Shown: positions 42,137 through 53,207, counted from the first letter of the stretch. The stretch: DNA of 64,000 nucleotides from an uncultured Planctomycetaceae bacterium (GCA_963813715.1 CAWFAK010000002.1:96001-160000); one strand, 5' to 3'. Numbers and translations: made by a program. The notes: generated by a model not told the origin, from the letters alone.

Positions 42137-44465
42137 CTAGTTGGCCATGATCGTCAACCAGCCGCCGAACGCCTTAATGTCGGAGATCGTCAGGTCGGCG
42201 TCGGCCTTACCCTGGCGCGGCACATGGATCACACCGTCGATGGCCATCGGCGAGATGACCGTTTCCAGCTTCTTTCGCATCACGCCGGCGCGGACGACTT
42301 GCGCAGCCCGGTCGGCATTGGCGGTGGCCGGCGCGACTTGCACCGTGCCGCGATCGACGAGCACCTGGTTCCCCTTCACGGTGAGCCGTAGGGGGACGGT
42401 GATCGACTGGGTCGGGATGTCTTCCTTCCCTTCCTGCTTGATTCCGGCGCGGAGCACGAGGCTGAGTTCGCCGTTCTCAATCGTGAAGCGGATCGGATCG
42501 TCCTTGTCGAAAACCAGCAAGCTGTTGTCGCCCGAGGCTTCGGCAGCCGCCGGTGCGGGAGCCGGTGCCGGGGCGGGCGTCGCGCCGGGCGCCGGAGGAA
42601 CCGGACCGGCCGGCTTGAACGGGGTCGGCGTGGCGGCTGCCGTTTTGCCGATCTCGATCTTGCGACCGGCCAACAGCGTCAGGAACCGTTCGAGCTCGGC
42701 CTTCACCTGGGCGTCCGTCATCGACTGGCCGGCGAACTTCATGCGGCGGGCCGCATTGGTCAGCAGGCTCTCATGAAGTTGCAACACCAGTCCGGCCGGC
42801 TCGTAACCCGTGGGAGGAGCCACGTCGCCGCCCAACTCAGCCTTGTCGGCGATCTCCGCGCTCAGGCGGAGGAACGACTGGTTCGTGCTGGCGTGAATGG
42901 CCGAGGGATAAACGCCCGCTTCCTTGAGCCGCTTGTGCAGCTCGCGGTGCAGGCGGGAGTTGCTGTCCTGGATCAGCTGGTCGACGCGGGCGTCGACTTC
43001 GGGCAACACGCGGCTCTGCACGCGCTCGGCCGCAATCGCTTCCGACTCGCCCCGGCGTTTCTCGGCTTCGCGGACGGCAATGCTGTCGGCGATGCCGCCG
43101 AAGATTGGGAAGCCGCTCATGGCGGTCGACGCACCGGTCGTCGTGTTGCTGGGCTGCACGTAGGTCATCACGGCCGGCCCGGTCGTGATGTTTTCGCCGT
43201 CGAAACGAATCTCTTTCGTGGCGCCGAAGCGGTGATAGCCCGACGTATAGATGTTGGCCTGACTCGTGACGCCGACCGTGCTGCTCTGGACGGTTCCGTC
43301 GAGCACGAGTTCGACCTTGGCAGCATGGCTCGACGGCTCGAGCCGGACGGAGACGGTGGTGTTGGTCCACTGCGTGCCGCTGACGTTTGCGCCCAGGATG
43401 AAGTCGGTGACAGGCCCGGTAGTCTGCGAGGTCTCGCCCAAGAGCCGGGTGAGCATGGCGTCGGAAGCCACCGCGCTCAGGTTGTAGTTCATGTAGTGCG
43501 GACGGACGCCCGCGTCGAGGCGGTCGCCTTCATCGATGGCGGTCTTTTCGGCGGCTGCCAGCGTGTCGATGACCTTCTTGGAGTCTTCGGACGTACCGTT
43601 CTCTTCGTAGGCCTCGATGGCACTTTCGAGGTTCGTGAGATCGGTTCGCAGCGCCTGCTCGTCGCCTGCGCCCGGCTTCATCTCTTCGGCGTGACGCAGC
43701 TTGGAGAGGGCCTGGGCCAGGTGGCGGAACGCCGGACGGGCCAGGAATTCGCGCTGTTCGAGGTTCTTGGGAGCGCTGCCCGATTCGAGCTTGTCGTCGA
43801 CGGCCGCAACGACGGAACCCGGACGTGCCGGACCCCGAGAGGGCGGTACGGAGCTCGTCAGCCTTCACGTAGCCCAGCCACGCGTTGCCGTTGGGTACAG
43901 AATTGAGATAGTCGACGAGTTGATCGAGGTGACGCAGGGCGTGCTTTTTCTCACGCTTGATCGCCTCGGCTTTGACTTCTTCAGGATTGAGTTCGAGCGT
44001 ATCGAGCATGGCCAAAGCCACGTCGACGCGACGTGCCAAGCGTTCGCGGACGCTGGCGATGGCATCGCCCAGCGAGGCAAACTTAGGGTCGGCCAGGGCC
44101 TTGTCCATCGTTTTGATCTTGCCTTCGAGTTGCTTGAGCAGCTCGCGCTGGCCGGCGGCGTCCAGCTTGTCGTCCGTGTAGAGCTTAGTGACCAGTCCGG
44201 AAAGGTCCTTGCCCCACTTTTCCCAGGCGCCGTTCAGGACGGTGAACGAATCTGCTCCGAGGTCGGCGGGGACTTCTTTGGGCAGAATCCCCTTCAGCCC
44301 CGGCTTGCCGCCCGACGGCGCCTGCAGGGCACGTGCTTCCGAGAAGGCCGCGAAGATGATCGCACCGGATGCCGCGACGACAATTCCTGCCGTCAGAAGC
44401 CGAACGCGCTTCGGCCCCCCGAATACTCGATGCCACCGTGCCGCTCGAATTCGGTTGAACTCCAT
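42137..44465 (-). CDS. Large exported hypothetical protein (helical N-half, beta-rich C-half); frameshift near 43830
   Basis: ORFs 43530-44465 (signal/TM) and 42137-43681 join across a frameshift; followed by a terminator. Confidence 0.75.
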
Positions 44466-44881
44466 CGTAGTTGCACCCCATCTGTGGTGATGGAACCAGC
44501 GTCAGGCGAACATCGCGCCCGAGACCCCGAACAGGCAGGGCATCAAAGCGCGAACGTGCGGACCTGTCGCGGTTCGTGTGTTGAGAGCTATCGACATTTT
44601 TTCCGGGGGCCGGTTCTCTCACCGCGGACGAAATCAACTCCGGCATCACCCGAACATCCACCCGACTATGTCTTCACCCAGTTTGTCCAAACGGATCGAA
44701 CTGGGCGTTCGCCCGTGTCTACGTAATCGTCATGGCTAGCGATACCGGCAGAGTCTACTGTCCAATGGGTGCATCTTCAATTCACCCGAACCCGCATTTC
44801 GCCCGCCTTTCCGAATCGGAATTTTCGTAAGCGAAAGGCGTGCCTTTTGGTGCTTTCCGCCGGCACAAAATCCCGACTCCG

Positions 44882-44887
44882 TATAAT
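44882..44887 (+). promoter_or_regulatory. Candidate sigma70 -10 hexamer for pcrA
   Basis: Perfect TATAAT about 120 bp upstream of the start. Confidence 0.35.
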
Positions 44888-45006
44888 TTTCCACGGAGCA
44901 AGCGAGTCGGGGGTCCAGTTGCAGGAACCACGGCCTGACTCGAGGTTGGACCGTTTATCTCTACTGACACTAGACTTCGGAGCTGAGACTGGGGACCGTT
45001 TCTGCT

Positions 45007-47367
45007 GTGGACCGTCCGGACGACCTAACGCCGAGCCAACGCCGCGCCGTCGAGCAGACCGAAGGGCCGCTCCTGGTCGTCGCGGGACCGGGCTCGGGGA
45101 AGACCCGCGTGATCACCCGCCGCATCGCGCGGATCGTCGATCGGGGCGTCTCGTCGAGCAATATCCTCGCGCTGACCTTTACTAATAAGGCGGCCGGCGA
45201 GATGGCGGAGCGCGTGGCCCGGCTGATCCCCGGCACTCGCGTCTGGGTGAGCACGTTTCATCGCTTTTGCGCGCGGCTCCTGCGCCGCCGGGCAGCGGCC
45301 GTCGGCCTCAAGCCGAACTTCACCATCCTCGACGCGGCCGATCAGCGGCGCTTCGTGCGGGACATCGTACGGTCCCTCAATTTCGACAGCGTCCACTTTC
45401 CCCCCGAGCGGATCGCCGACCGCATCAGCCGGGCGAAAAACGATTTGCTGACCGCCGAGACGTTCCAAAAAGCGCTCGAGGAGCGGGTCGGCACGCTGAT
45501 GGACTCGGTCGTGAAGCAGGTCTATCCCGAGTATCAGCGGCGTCTGCTCGACTCCAACGCGGTCGACTTCGACGACCTGTTGCTCTGGGTCGTGCGGTTG
45601 TTGGAGGAGAACGAGGAAATCCGCCGCGAGCTCGACGAGCATTTTCGCTACGTGCTGGTTGACGAATATCAGGACACCAACCGCGCGCAATACGCGATCG
45701 TTGCCGCCTTGTCGCGCGATTTTCCCAATCTGTGCGTGACGGGCGATCCGGACCAGTCGATCTATGGCTGGCGTGGGGCGCGGATCGAGAACATTTTGCG
45801 GTTCGAGGCCGATTATCCACGTGCGGCCGTCGTTCGGCTCGAGGAGAACTTTCGCAGCACGAAGTCGATCCTGCGGGCGGCCGACGCGCTCATCGCCCAC
45901 AACGTCCGCCGCAAGGCGAAGACGATGCGGACGGAGAATCCCGAGGGGCAGCCCGTCGAGCTGCTGCGTTTCGAGGACGCACAGGCCGAGGCGGAAGGCG
46001 TGGCGCAGGCAATCCGCGTCGGCGCGGAGACGGGGCAACTTCGTTATTCGGACGTCGCCATTTTCTACCGCATCAATGCGCTGTCGCGCGAATTTGAAAT
46101 CGCTCTGGCGCGAAACCGGGTTCCTTTCCAAGTGGCAGCCGGGCAGGCGTTTTACGATCGCACCGAAGTGAAGGACGTGCTGGCCTACTTGCGGCTGATC
46201 GCCAATCCGCAGGATCGCAGCGCGTTTCAGCGAGTCGTCAACGTTCCCGCGCGAGGCATCGGCAAGAAAAGCATCGAACGGCTGACGGCTTGGGCCGACA
46301 AAGAGCGCGTTCCGCTCCTGGCGGCGGCCGAGCGGGCCCCCGCCATCTCCGGGATCCCCCGCAAGGGAGCGCAAGAACTGTCCAAGTTCGCGCGGGTAAT
46401 CGGCGAGTTGGCCGATAGCCAAATCGTCTCGATCGCCAAGTTCCTGGAACTCGTCCTGCACCGCACGGAATACCTGGAACAGTGGCGGGAAAGCCCCTCC
46501 GAGCAGGACGAACAGCGGGAGGCGAACGTCAGTGAGCTGCTCAACGCGGCCGCCCAATACGATTCGGTCGAGCGGGAGCAGCCGACGCTCGAAGGATTTT
46601 TGGAGACGACGGCCCTCGTCGCGGATATCGACAGCGTCGACCAGGCGGCCGAACGCGTGACCCTGATGACGCTGCACGCCGCCAAGGGACTCGAGTTCCC
46701 GATCGTGTACCTGGTCGGCGTCGAGCAGCGGATGCTTCCCTACGAGCGGGCCTTGCAAGCCGACGATCCGGGCGAATATGAAGAAGAGCGGCGGCTGATG
46801 TTTGTCGGCATGACCCGGGCCCGCGAACGATTGTGGCTCACGCGGACCCAAATTCGAGCTGTTCGGGGCCAGCGGCTGACATCGATTCCCAGCGAGTTCT
46901 TGCGGGAAGTCGGCGTTTCCGAGACGCCGCTGTCGGTGGCGACGCCGCGCTCACTTCCTCCGGGCAGCAGCGTCCATCAATCGCCGGAAAGCGAGCACGA
47001 GGGGCATGAACCGGCCCCCGATTATGAAAACCTTTGCGAACCCAGCCCCGACGACGAGTCCGCGACAGGCCCGGCCGAGCGGCGCGCACCGAAGTCAGGC
47101 TCCAGCGCAGGCGTCGGCGATCTCAGGCATTCCGGCTTGATGACCGGCGCCGATCTCTTGGCGGCCGCCGAGTCACGCGAGCCGCCGTCGGCGGGAGGCT
47201 TCACCGTCGGCATGTCAGCCCGCCATCCGCGTTACGGCGTCGGCAAGGTCGTCAAAATCAGCGGAGTCTCCCGCAATCGCCTGATCACGATTCAATTCGA
47301 CGATGACGGTCGCACCGAAACGTTCGTCGCCGGCAAGAATCCGCTGCAACCGGTCGGGGCCGGATGA
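45007..47367 (+). CDS. pcrA: ATP-dependent DNA helicase PcrA/UvrD with C-terminal Tudor-like domain
   Basis: [53 protein letters not shown]-terminal FTVGMSARHPRYGVGKV. Confidence 0.93.
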   Translation: MDRPDDLTPSQRRAVEQTEGPLLVVAGPGSGKTRVITRRIARIVDRGVSSSNILALTFTNKAAGEMAERVARLIPGTRVWVSTFHRFCARLLRRRAAAVGLKPNFTILDAADQRRFVRDIVRSLNFDSVHFPPERIADRISRAKNDLLTAETFQKALEERVGTLMDSVVKQVYPEYQRRLLDSNAVDFDDLLLWVVRLLEENEEIRRELDEHFRYVLVDEYQDTNRAQYAIVAALSRDFPNLCVTGDPDQSIYGWRGARIENILRFEADYPRAAVVRLEENFRSTKSILRAADALIAHNVRRKAKTMRTENPEGQPVELLRFEDAQAEAEGVAQAIRVGAETGQLRYSDVAIFYRINALSREFEIALARNRVPFQVAAGQAFYDRTEVKDVLAYLRLIANPQDRSAFQRVVNVPARGIGKKSIERLTAWADKERVPLLAAAERAPAISGIPRKGAQELSKFARVIGELADSQIVSIAKFLELVLHRTEYLEQWRESPSEQDEQREANVSELLNAAAQYDSVEREQPTLEGFLETTALVADIDSVDQAAERVTLMTLHAAKGLEFPIVYLVGVEQRMLPYERALQADDPGEYEEERRLMFVGMTRARERLWLTRTQIRAVRGQRLTSIPSEFLREVGVSETPLSVATPRSLPPGSSVHQSPESEHEGHEPAPDYENLCEPSPDDESATGPAERRAPKSGSSAGVGDLRHSGLMTGADLLAAAESREPPSAGGFTVGMSARHPRYGVGKVVKISGVSRNRLITIQFDDDGRTETFVAGKNPLQPVGAG

Positions 47368-47368
47368 T

Positions 47369-47493
47369 CGGTGAAGCACGAATGACGAATGCCGAGGACC
47401 TGCGAAAGCCGTGCGATGACTGGGCCGAGTTGTTCCCTTCGGGCTTCGGGCATTCGGCATTCTAGCATCGGCTTCGTCATTCGTGCTTCACCG
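47369..47493. repeat. Long inverted repeat built from heptamer-like units
   Basis: CGGTGAAGCACGAATGACGAA(T)GCCGA at 47369-47395 pairs with 47468-47493. Confidence 0.85.
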
Positions 47494-47512
47494 CTCCGTC
47501 CAACCGATATGA

Positions 47513-48505
47513 ATGCTGCGGCAATCGATTCGTGCGCGGCGCATTTGGACGGTGCTTGTGCCTCCCAGAAAACGGCCACCGACGGGGACGGCAGCGGCGA
47601 CTTTGATCGCTCCCGGTCCGGCCGTGCATCTGCCTGCCTTCTTGCACTACCTGCAATCCGAAGCGGGTATGTCGGCCAATACGATTGCCGCTTACCGCAC
47701 CGATCTCGTCCAGTTCCTGGAATGGTTCGACAAGCACGGGCCCGGCTCGATCTTCAAAGTCGACCTCAAGGTGCTGGCTCGTTTCCTCGACCATCTCCAC
47801 AAGCGGGGTCTGGCTTCGACGTCGATCGCGCGGCACCTCGTGTCGCTCAAGATGTTCTTTCGTTACCTCGTGCTCGACGGCGTACTGACCGAAAGCGCCG
47901 TCGAACTGTTGAGCTCGCCCAAGCTCTGGCAGCACCTGCCCAAGGTCGTGAGCCCGGAGACGGTCGACCGCATCCTGGCCGCGCCGATGCCCGACGATCG
48001 CTATCCGCTGCGCGACCGGGCCCTGCTCTGCTTCCTGTACGCGACTGGCTGTCGCGCGTCGGAGGCGAGCGGTGTGCGGCTCAACGACGTGCACTTGGAA
48101 GAAGGGTTTGCCCGCTGCGTCGGCAAGGGGAACAAGGATCGGATGGTCAATTTGAACCCGGTGGCTCGGGCGGCCATCGAGGCCTATCTCAAGCACGAGC
48201 GTCCGCGACTGCTCGTTCGCTCGGACTCGGACCGGCTGTTCGTCTCTCGCCGGGGATCGTCCCTCTCGCGGATCATGATCTGGAATTTGGTGAAAAAGTA
48301 CGCGGCCCGCGCGGGGGCCAGTGCCGAGGTCAGTCCGCACACCCTGCGGCACAGCTTCGCCACCCACATGCTGGCCGGCGGCGCGGAAATTCGCGCCCTG
48401 CAGGAAATGCTCGGCCACGCCAGTGTGCAGACCACGCAGATTTATACCCACGTCGAGCACAGCCGGCTCAAGGCGGTCCACAAGCGCTGCCATCCCCGCG
48501 GTTGA
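47513..48505 (+). CDS. xerD: Site-specific tyrosine recombinase XerD (start uncertain, possibly 47552)
   Basis: NTIAAYRTDL, LRDRALL..LYATGCRASE, GKGNKDR, SPHTLRHSFATHML, LGHASVQTTQIYTHV, HPRG. Confidence 0.93.
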   Translation: MLRQSIRARRIWTVLVPPRKRPPTGTAAATLIAPGPAVHLPAFLHYLQSEAGMSANTIAAYRTDLVQFLEWFDKHGPGSIFKVDLKVLARFLDHLHKRGLASTSIARHLVSLKMFFRYLVLDGVLTESAVELLSSPKLWQHLPKVVSPETVDRILAAPMPDDRYPLRDRALLCFLYATGCRASEASGVRLNDVHLEEGFARCVGKGNKDRMVNLNPVARAAIEAYLKHERPRLLVRSDSDRLFVSRRGSSLSRIMIWNLVKKYAARAGASAEVSPHTLRHSFATHMLAGGAEIRALQEMLGHASVQTTQIYTHVEHSRLKAVHKRCHPRG

Positions 48506-48588
48506 TTGCTCGTCGGGCGCGTCTTAGCTGGAAGTCGGGCGGCGGAAGTCGGACAATAGGGCTAGTCTCCTCCGCCGATGAGGGTCAT

Positions 48589-49806
48589 ATGTCCTCGTTC
48601 TTGTGCCGCTTGACGGTCGCCGGTTGCATCGTCGGTCTCTTTGCCTCGCTCGCGGTCGCTCAGACCCGGGACAATTACGACCACGCCCGCAACCAGATGG
48701 TGACCGAGTTCGTCGAGGCGGCCGGAGTCCATAATCCCCGCGTGCTCGATGCGATGCGGAAGGTGCCGCGGCACGAATTCGTGCCGGCAGCGCTAAGTCC
48801 CAAGGCCTATACCGACGCGGCCTGGTCGATCGGCTACAAGCAGACGATCTCGCCGCCGTTCGTCGTCGCCTACATGACGGAGACGCTCGATCCGCAGCCC
48901 ACCGATCGCGTGCTGGAGATCGGCACGGGGAGCGGCTACCAGGCGGCCGTGTTGTCGCACCTGGTGAAGGACGTCTATTCGATCGAGATCGTCGAACAGC
49001 TCGGCCGGTCGGCGGCGCGGCGGCTCAAGCGGCTGGGCTACAAGAATGTGAAGACCAAGGTCGGCGACGGCTATCTCGGCTGGCCCGAGTTTGCCCCCTT
49101 CGACAAGATCATCGTCACCTGCTCCCCCGAGAGCGTGCCCAAGCCGCTCGTCGACCAGCTCAAGGAGGGGGGCAAAATGGTGATTCCCGTGGGCGAGCGA
49201 TATCGCCAGGACCTCTATTTGATGGAGAAGAAGGACGGCAAGCTCGTCCGCAAGCAGCTCATTCCGACCCTCTTTGTCCCCATGACGGGCCAATCCGAAA
49301 AAGAGCGGGTCATCAAGCCCGATCCGCTGAATCCGCAGCTGTTCAACGGCGGCTTCGAGGTCCTGGAAGATTCCGGGCAGGCCTCCGGTTGGCACTACCA
49401 ACGCGAAATGACCCTCGTCAGCGAGTCGCCTCCGGAGGGGCGGCACTTCGCGCGGTTTGAAAATGAAGATCGGGGTCGACTCGCTCAGGCGCTGCAAGGA
49501 CTGCCGATCGACGGCCATCACTTGGCGACGCTGGATTTCCGCGCCACCGTCCGCAGCAAAGACATCGTCGAGAGCGTGAACGCCTACGAGCGGGCCGGCA
49601 TCCGCGTCTTCTTTTACGACGAAGAGCGACGGCTGATCGGCGACGAGCAGGTGACCCGCGTCTTCGGCACATCCGATTGGCGCACCGTCGAGGGGAACGC
49701 CAAGATTCCGACCAACGCCCGCCATGCGATCGTCCAGGTCGGGCTGAACGGTTCGACCGGCCGGCTCGACGTCGATGACGTGCGGTTGACGGTCGGGAAG
49801 CGATAG
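48589..49806 (+). CDS. pcm: Protein-L-isoaspartate O-methyltransferase with signal peptide and C-terminal jelly-roll-like extension
   Basis: VPRHEFV, QTISPPFVVA, VLEIGTGSGYQAA, GDGYLGW, FVPMTG; extension LFNGGFE...LDVDDVRL. Confidence 0.92.
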   Translation: MSSFLCRLTVAGCIVGLFASLAVAQTRDNYDHARNQMVTEFVEAAGVHNPRVLDAMRKVPRHEFVPAALSPKAYTDAAWSIGYKQTISPPFVVAYMTETLDPQPTDRVLEIGTGSGYQAAVLSHLVKDVYSIEIVEQLGRSAARRLKRLGYKNVKTKVGDGYLGWPEFAPFDKIIVTCSPESVPKPLVDQLKEGGKMVIPVGERYRQDLYLMEKKDGKLVRKQLIPTLFVPMTGQSEKERVIKPDPLNPQLFNGGFEVLEDSGQASGWHYQREMTLVSESPPEGRHFARFENEDRGRLAQALQGLPIDGHHLATLDFRATVRSKDIVESVNAYERAGIRVFFYDEERRLIGDEQVTRVFGTSDWRTVEGNAKIPTNARHAIVQVGLNGSTGRLDVDDVRLTVGKR

Positions 49807-49814
49807 GCGGTCTC

Positions 49815-50917
49815 ATGCAGTCGCTTTCCGATCTTCGTGCCCGCCAGCGGCAAGCCGGAGCCGTCTTTGCCGCCGGCTCGTCGGGTCTGCCGGGCGACGA
49901 TCGTCCGCCCCTGCACTTCGGCGATCGCCGCGCAGAATACGTTGCCGCGCACGGGACGGCAGCGCTCTTTGACTGGACAGATCATGGCCTGATCGAGCTG
50001 GCCGGGGCCGATCGCGTCAAATTCCTGCACAGCTTCTGCACGAACGACATCAAGCGTCTGATCGCCGGCAGCGGCTGCGAAGCGTTCGTCACTAACGTGA
50101 AGGGGCGGATCCTCGGCCATCTGTGGATCGAAGCCGGGGACACGGCCCTGCGCCTCGACGCCGGGCCCGTGGCCACCGAACGACTGCTGGCGCACCTCGA
50201 GCGTTACATCATCAACGAAGACGTCGTGGTCACTGATCGATCGTCCGACTTGGGCGAACTGCTCGTCATCGGACCGCGGGCTGCGGAATCGCTCGTCCCC
50301 CTGAGCGCGGACGTGCGGCGACTCGCTCCGCTGCAGCATTTGGACGTCGGGGGACCGTCGGGCGAGATTCGTGTTTCTCGCCGCGACGTGGACGACTTGC
50401 CGGCCTATGTGGTCTGCGGACCACACGGAGTGCTCGGCGAGGCCTGGGAGAAGATCAAGGAAGCGGGTGCACGGCCGGCCGGGGCCACGATCTGGTCCGC
50501 GCTTCGCATCGAGGCGGGGCTGCCGATCTGGGGCGTCGATCTGACCGACGAGAACCTGGCACAAGAAGCGGGTCGAAGCGCGAGCGCAATCTCATTTGCC
50601 AAGGGCTGCTATCTCGGGCAGGAACCGATCGCCCGGCTCGACGCAATGGGGCACGTTAACCGCGAACTCCGCAGCTTGCGGATCACCGGCGAGGCGATCC
50701 CATCGCCCGGTGCCCGTGTCTTTTCTGATGCCGGAGGTGCGACGGCCGTCGGCGCGATCACCTCGGCCGCGATGTCCTACGGCAGTGCAAGTCCGGTGGC
50801 GCTCGCTCTGATTCGTTCCAGCGTGTCGGTGGGGCAGCGCAGGTCTTCGTGGAAGCCGGCCCGACGCTCGCCCCGGCGACCGTTTTCTGGGCTCCCGCCA
50901 CCGAGCGGGGAACGTAA
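49815..50917 (+). CDS. YgfZ/GcvT-like folate-binding protein; frameshift near 50830
   Basis: GADRVKFLHSFCTNDI, LRIEAGLP, ISFAKGCYLGQEPIAR. Confidence 0.9.
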
Positions 50918-51042
50918 ATCCCCCGAGCAAGGCGCTTTGACGCAGGTTGCGGTTTTAAGCCCCGAGTCCTAGATTAGTGCCGGTTTGCACAGCCCGAGAT
51001 TTGATCGATCGCATCGTCGTGACCGACGCGGGTGACCGACGC

Positions 51043-53067
51043 ATGATTGTCAGTTGGGAATGGCTTCGCGAATACGTGCCGCTCCAGGTGTCGCTCGAAG
51101 ACGCAGTGCGCCGGCTGACGATGGCGGGACTGAAGGTTGAATCGCAGACCGCCGCCGGCAGCGACTGGGCGATCGACGTCGAAGTGACCAGCAACCGGCC
51201 CGACTGTCTCGGGCACTTGGGCATCGCCCGCGAATTGAGCGTGCTCTTCGGCCAGCCGCTCCAAATCCCCGACGCCAACCCGGCCGCTTCCTCGGCCAAG
51301 ACTTCCGAGGCGACCTCCGTCACGGTCGAGTGCCCGGAACTCTGTCCTCAGTATTCTGCGCGGCTGATTCGCGGCGTGAAGGTCGGTCCGAGCCCGGCCT
51401 GGCTGTCACGGCGACTGCAGGCGATCGGTCAGCCCTCGATCAACAATGTGGTCGACGTCTCGAATTATGTGTTGATGGAATGCGGCCAGCCGCTGCACGC
51501 GTTCGACTTCGACCGGCTCCGCGGGCGGAAGATTGTCGTGCGACGGGGACGGCCGGGCGAAAAGCTGATCGCCATCAACCAAAAGACCTACGACCTCACC
51601 GCCGACATGTGCGTGATTGCTGACGCGGAACGGCCGGTGGGAATCGGCGGCGTGATGGGGGGGCTCGAAACGGAAATTGGCCCGACCGCCCGCAACGTGC
51701 TGATCGAGGCCGCCAACTTCACCGCCCTGCCCCTGCGAAACACGGCCCGCAAATTGTCGCTCTTTAGCGATGCGTCGTATCGCTTCGAGCGGGGCGTCGA
51801 TCCGCTGCAGCTCGATTGGGCGAGCCGCCGCGCGTGTCAGTTGATCCTCGAACTGTGCGGCGGCGAGTTGCTGGCCGACACCGTCTTTGCGGGTACGCCG
51901 CTGCCCGGCAAGCGCTTGCCGATCACGCTCCGCTTCGCCCAGGTGCCCCGGGTGTTGGGAATCGAGGTGCCGCGCACTGAGAGCCTCCGCATCCTGTCGG
52001 CTTTGGGCAACGTCCCCGATGGTCCGGCGACCGACGAATTGGCCCGGTTCGTGCCCCCCTCCTGGCGTCGCGACCTCAGCCGCGAGATCGACCTGATCGA
52101 AGAGGTCGCCCGCATCCACGGCTACGACGCCATCCCGCAGAACGTCGACGTGCCTCTGCAGCCGAGCCATCGCAACCGTCGCGACCGCGTGACGGACGCC
52201 GCGCGGTTTGTCTTCACCGCCGCCGGTTTCTATGAAGCCGTGACGATGGCCTTCTGCAGCGACGCGGAGTGCGACCTGTTCACGCCGCGTGGCGAGTTGC
52301 CTCGGCTGCGCGTGGAGCACTCGTCGCGGAAGCACGAGAACATCCTGCGTCAAAGCTTGGTCCCGGGCCTTCTGACTTCGCGTCAGCTCAACGAGCGGCA
52401 CGGGACTTTCGACGCCAACCTGTTCGAGATCGCCAAGGTCTATCTCAAGTCGTCATTCGAGGAGCCCGAGGCGCGGCGCGAGCCGCCCATGATCGGCTTG
52501 GTCACGAGCCGCCCTTTCGCAGATGCCAAGGGGATCGTTGAATCGCTGGCTCGTCGCATCGCGCCGCACATGTCGGTCATCGCCAAGCCGTCGGAAGTGA
52601 AGCAGTTCGCGCCCGGACGCGGGGCGGACATTTATTTGAACGGCACTCTGTGGGGCTGGCTGGGCGAACTCGACCGCTCCGTGACCGACGGCATCGACCT
52701 GAAAGAGGCGATCACCGTCGCGGAGCTCGACCTGACCTTGCTCGAGACGAACGCCCAACTCGTCCCCAAGAGCGTCCCTTTGGCTCAGTTCCCGGCAATC
52801 GACCGCGACCTGAATTTCGTGGTCGACGAAGCGGTCACCTGGGAGGCGCTGGAATCGGTGGTGAGTGTGGCGGCCGGCTCCCTGCTCGAGCGGGTCGGCT
52901 TCGGCGGCCAATATCGGGGTAAACAAATCGAGGCGGATAAGAAGTCTTACCTGGTGACGCTCAGCTACCGCGCGCCCGATCGGACCCTGACCGCGGAAGA
53001 GGTCGACGGCTGGCAGAAAAAGGTGATCGATGCCTGTTCGGCCCGCCTCGGCGCCCGGCTGCGCTAG
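51043..53067 (+). CDS. pheT: Phenylalanine--tRNA ligase beta subunit (short form)
   Basis: MIVSWEWLREY, NRPDCLGHLGIARE, GQPLHAFD, SYRFERGVD, DLIEEVARIHGY, FPAIDRDL, DRTLT. Confidence 0.96.
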   Translation: MIVSWEWLREYVPLQVSLEDAVRRLTMAGLKVESQTAAGSDWAIDVEVTSNRPDCLGHLGIARELSVLFGQPLQIPDANPAASSAKTSEATSVTVECPELCPQYSARLIRGVKVGPSPAWLSRRLQAIGQPSINNVVDVSNYVLMECGQPLHAFDFDRLRGRKIVVRRGRPGEKLIAINQKTYDLTADMCVIADAERPVGIGGVMGGLETEIGPTARNVLIEAANFTALPLRNTARKLSLFSDASYRFERGVDPLQLDWASRRACQLILELCGGELLADTVFAGTPLPGKRLPITLRFAQVPRVLGIEVPRTESLRILSALGNVPDGPATDELARFVPPSWRRDLSREIDLIEEVARIHGYDAIPQNVDVPLQPSHRNRRDRVTDAARFVFTAAGFYEAVTMAFCSDAECDLFTPRGELPRLRVEHSSRKHENILRQSLVPGLLTSRQLNERHGTFDANLFEIAKVYLKSSFEEPEARREPPMIGLVTSRPFADAKGIVESLARRIAPHMSVIAKPSEVKQFAPGRGADIYLNGTLWGWLGELDRSVTDGIDLKEAITVAELDLTLLETNAQLVPKSVPLAQFPAIDRDLNFVVDEAVTWEALESVVSVAAGSLLERVGFGGQYRGKQIEADKKSYLVTLSYRAPDRTLTAEEVDGWQKKVIDACSARLGARLR

Positions 53068-53207
53068 CCCCTTGACCCGGCGACCAGCGTCGCAAGCATG
53101 GAAACAGGCTCGTGCAGTCGCGAACGTTCTGGTGCGCGTGCGCAGGGCGCGTTAAAGCAGCGCAAGCGGAGAAATCTGCGTGATTTCATGGGCTTTGGGA
53201 GGCTTTC

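Noticed and set aside
47513..48505. Integrase of a mobile element
   Set aside because: Motifs and the housekeeping context fit chromosomal XerD; no att repeats or cargo genes seen
47389..48588. 400-aa N-terminal extension of Pcm in the 805-aa ORF
   Set aside because: It is an alternate frame of xerD; Pcm has its own start at 48589
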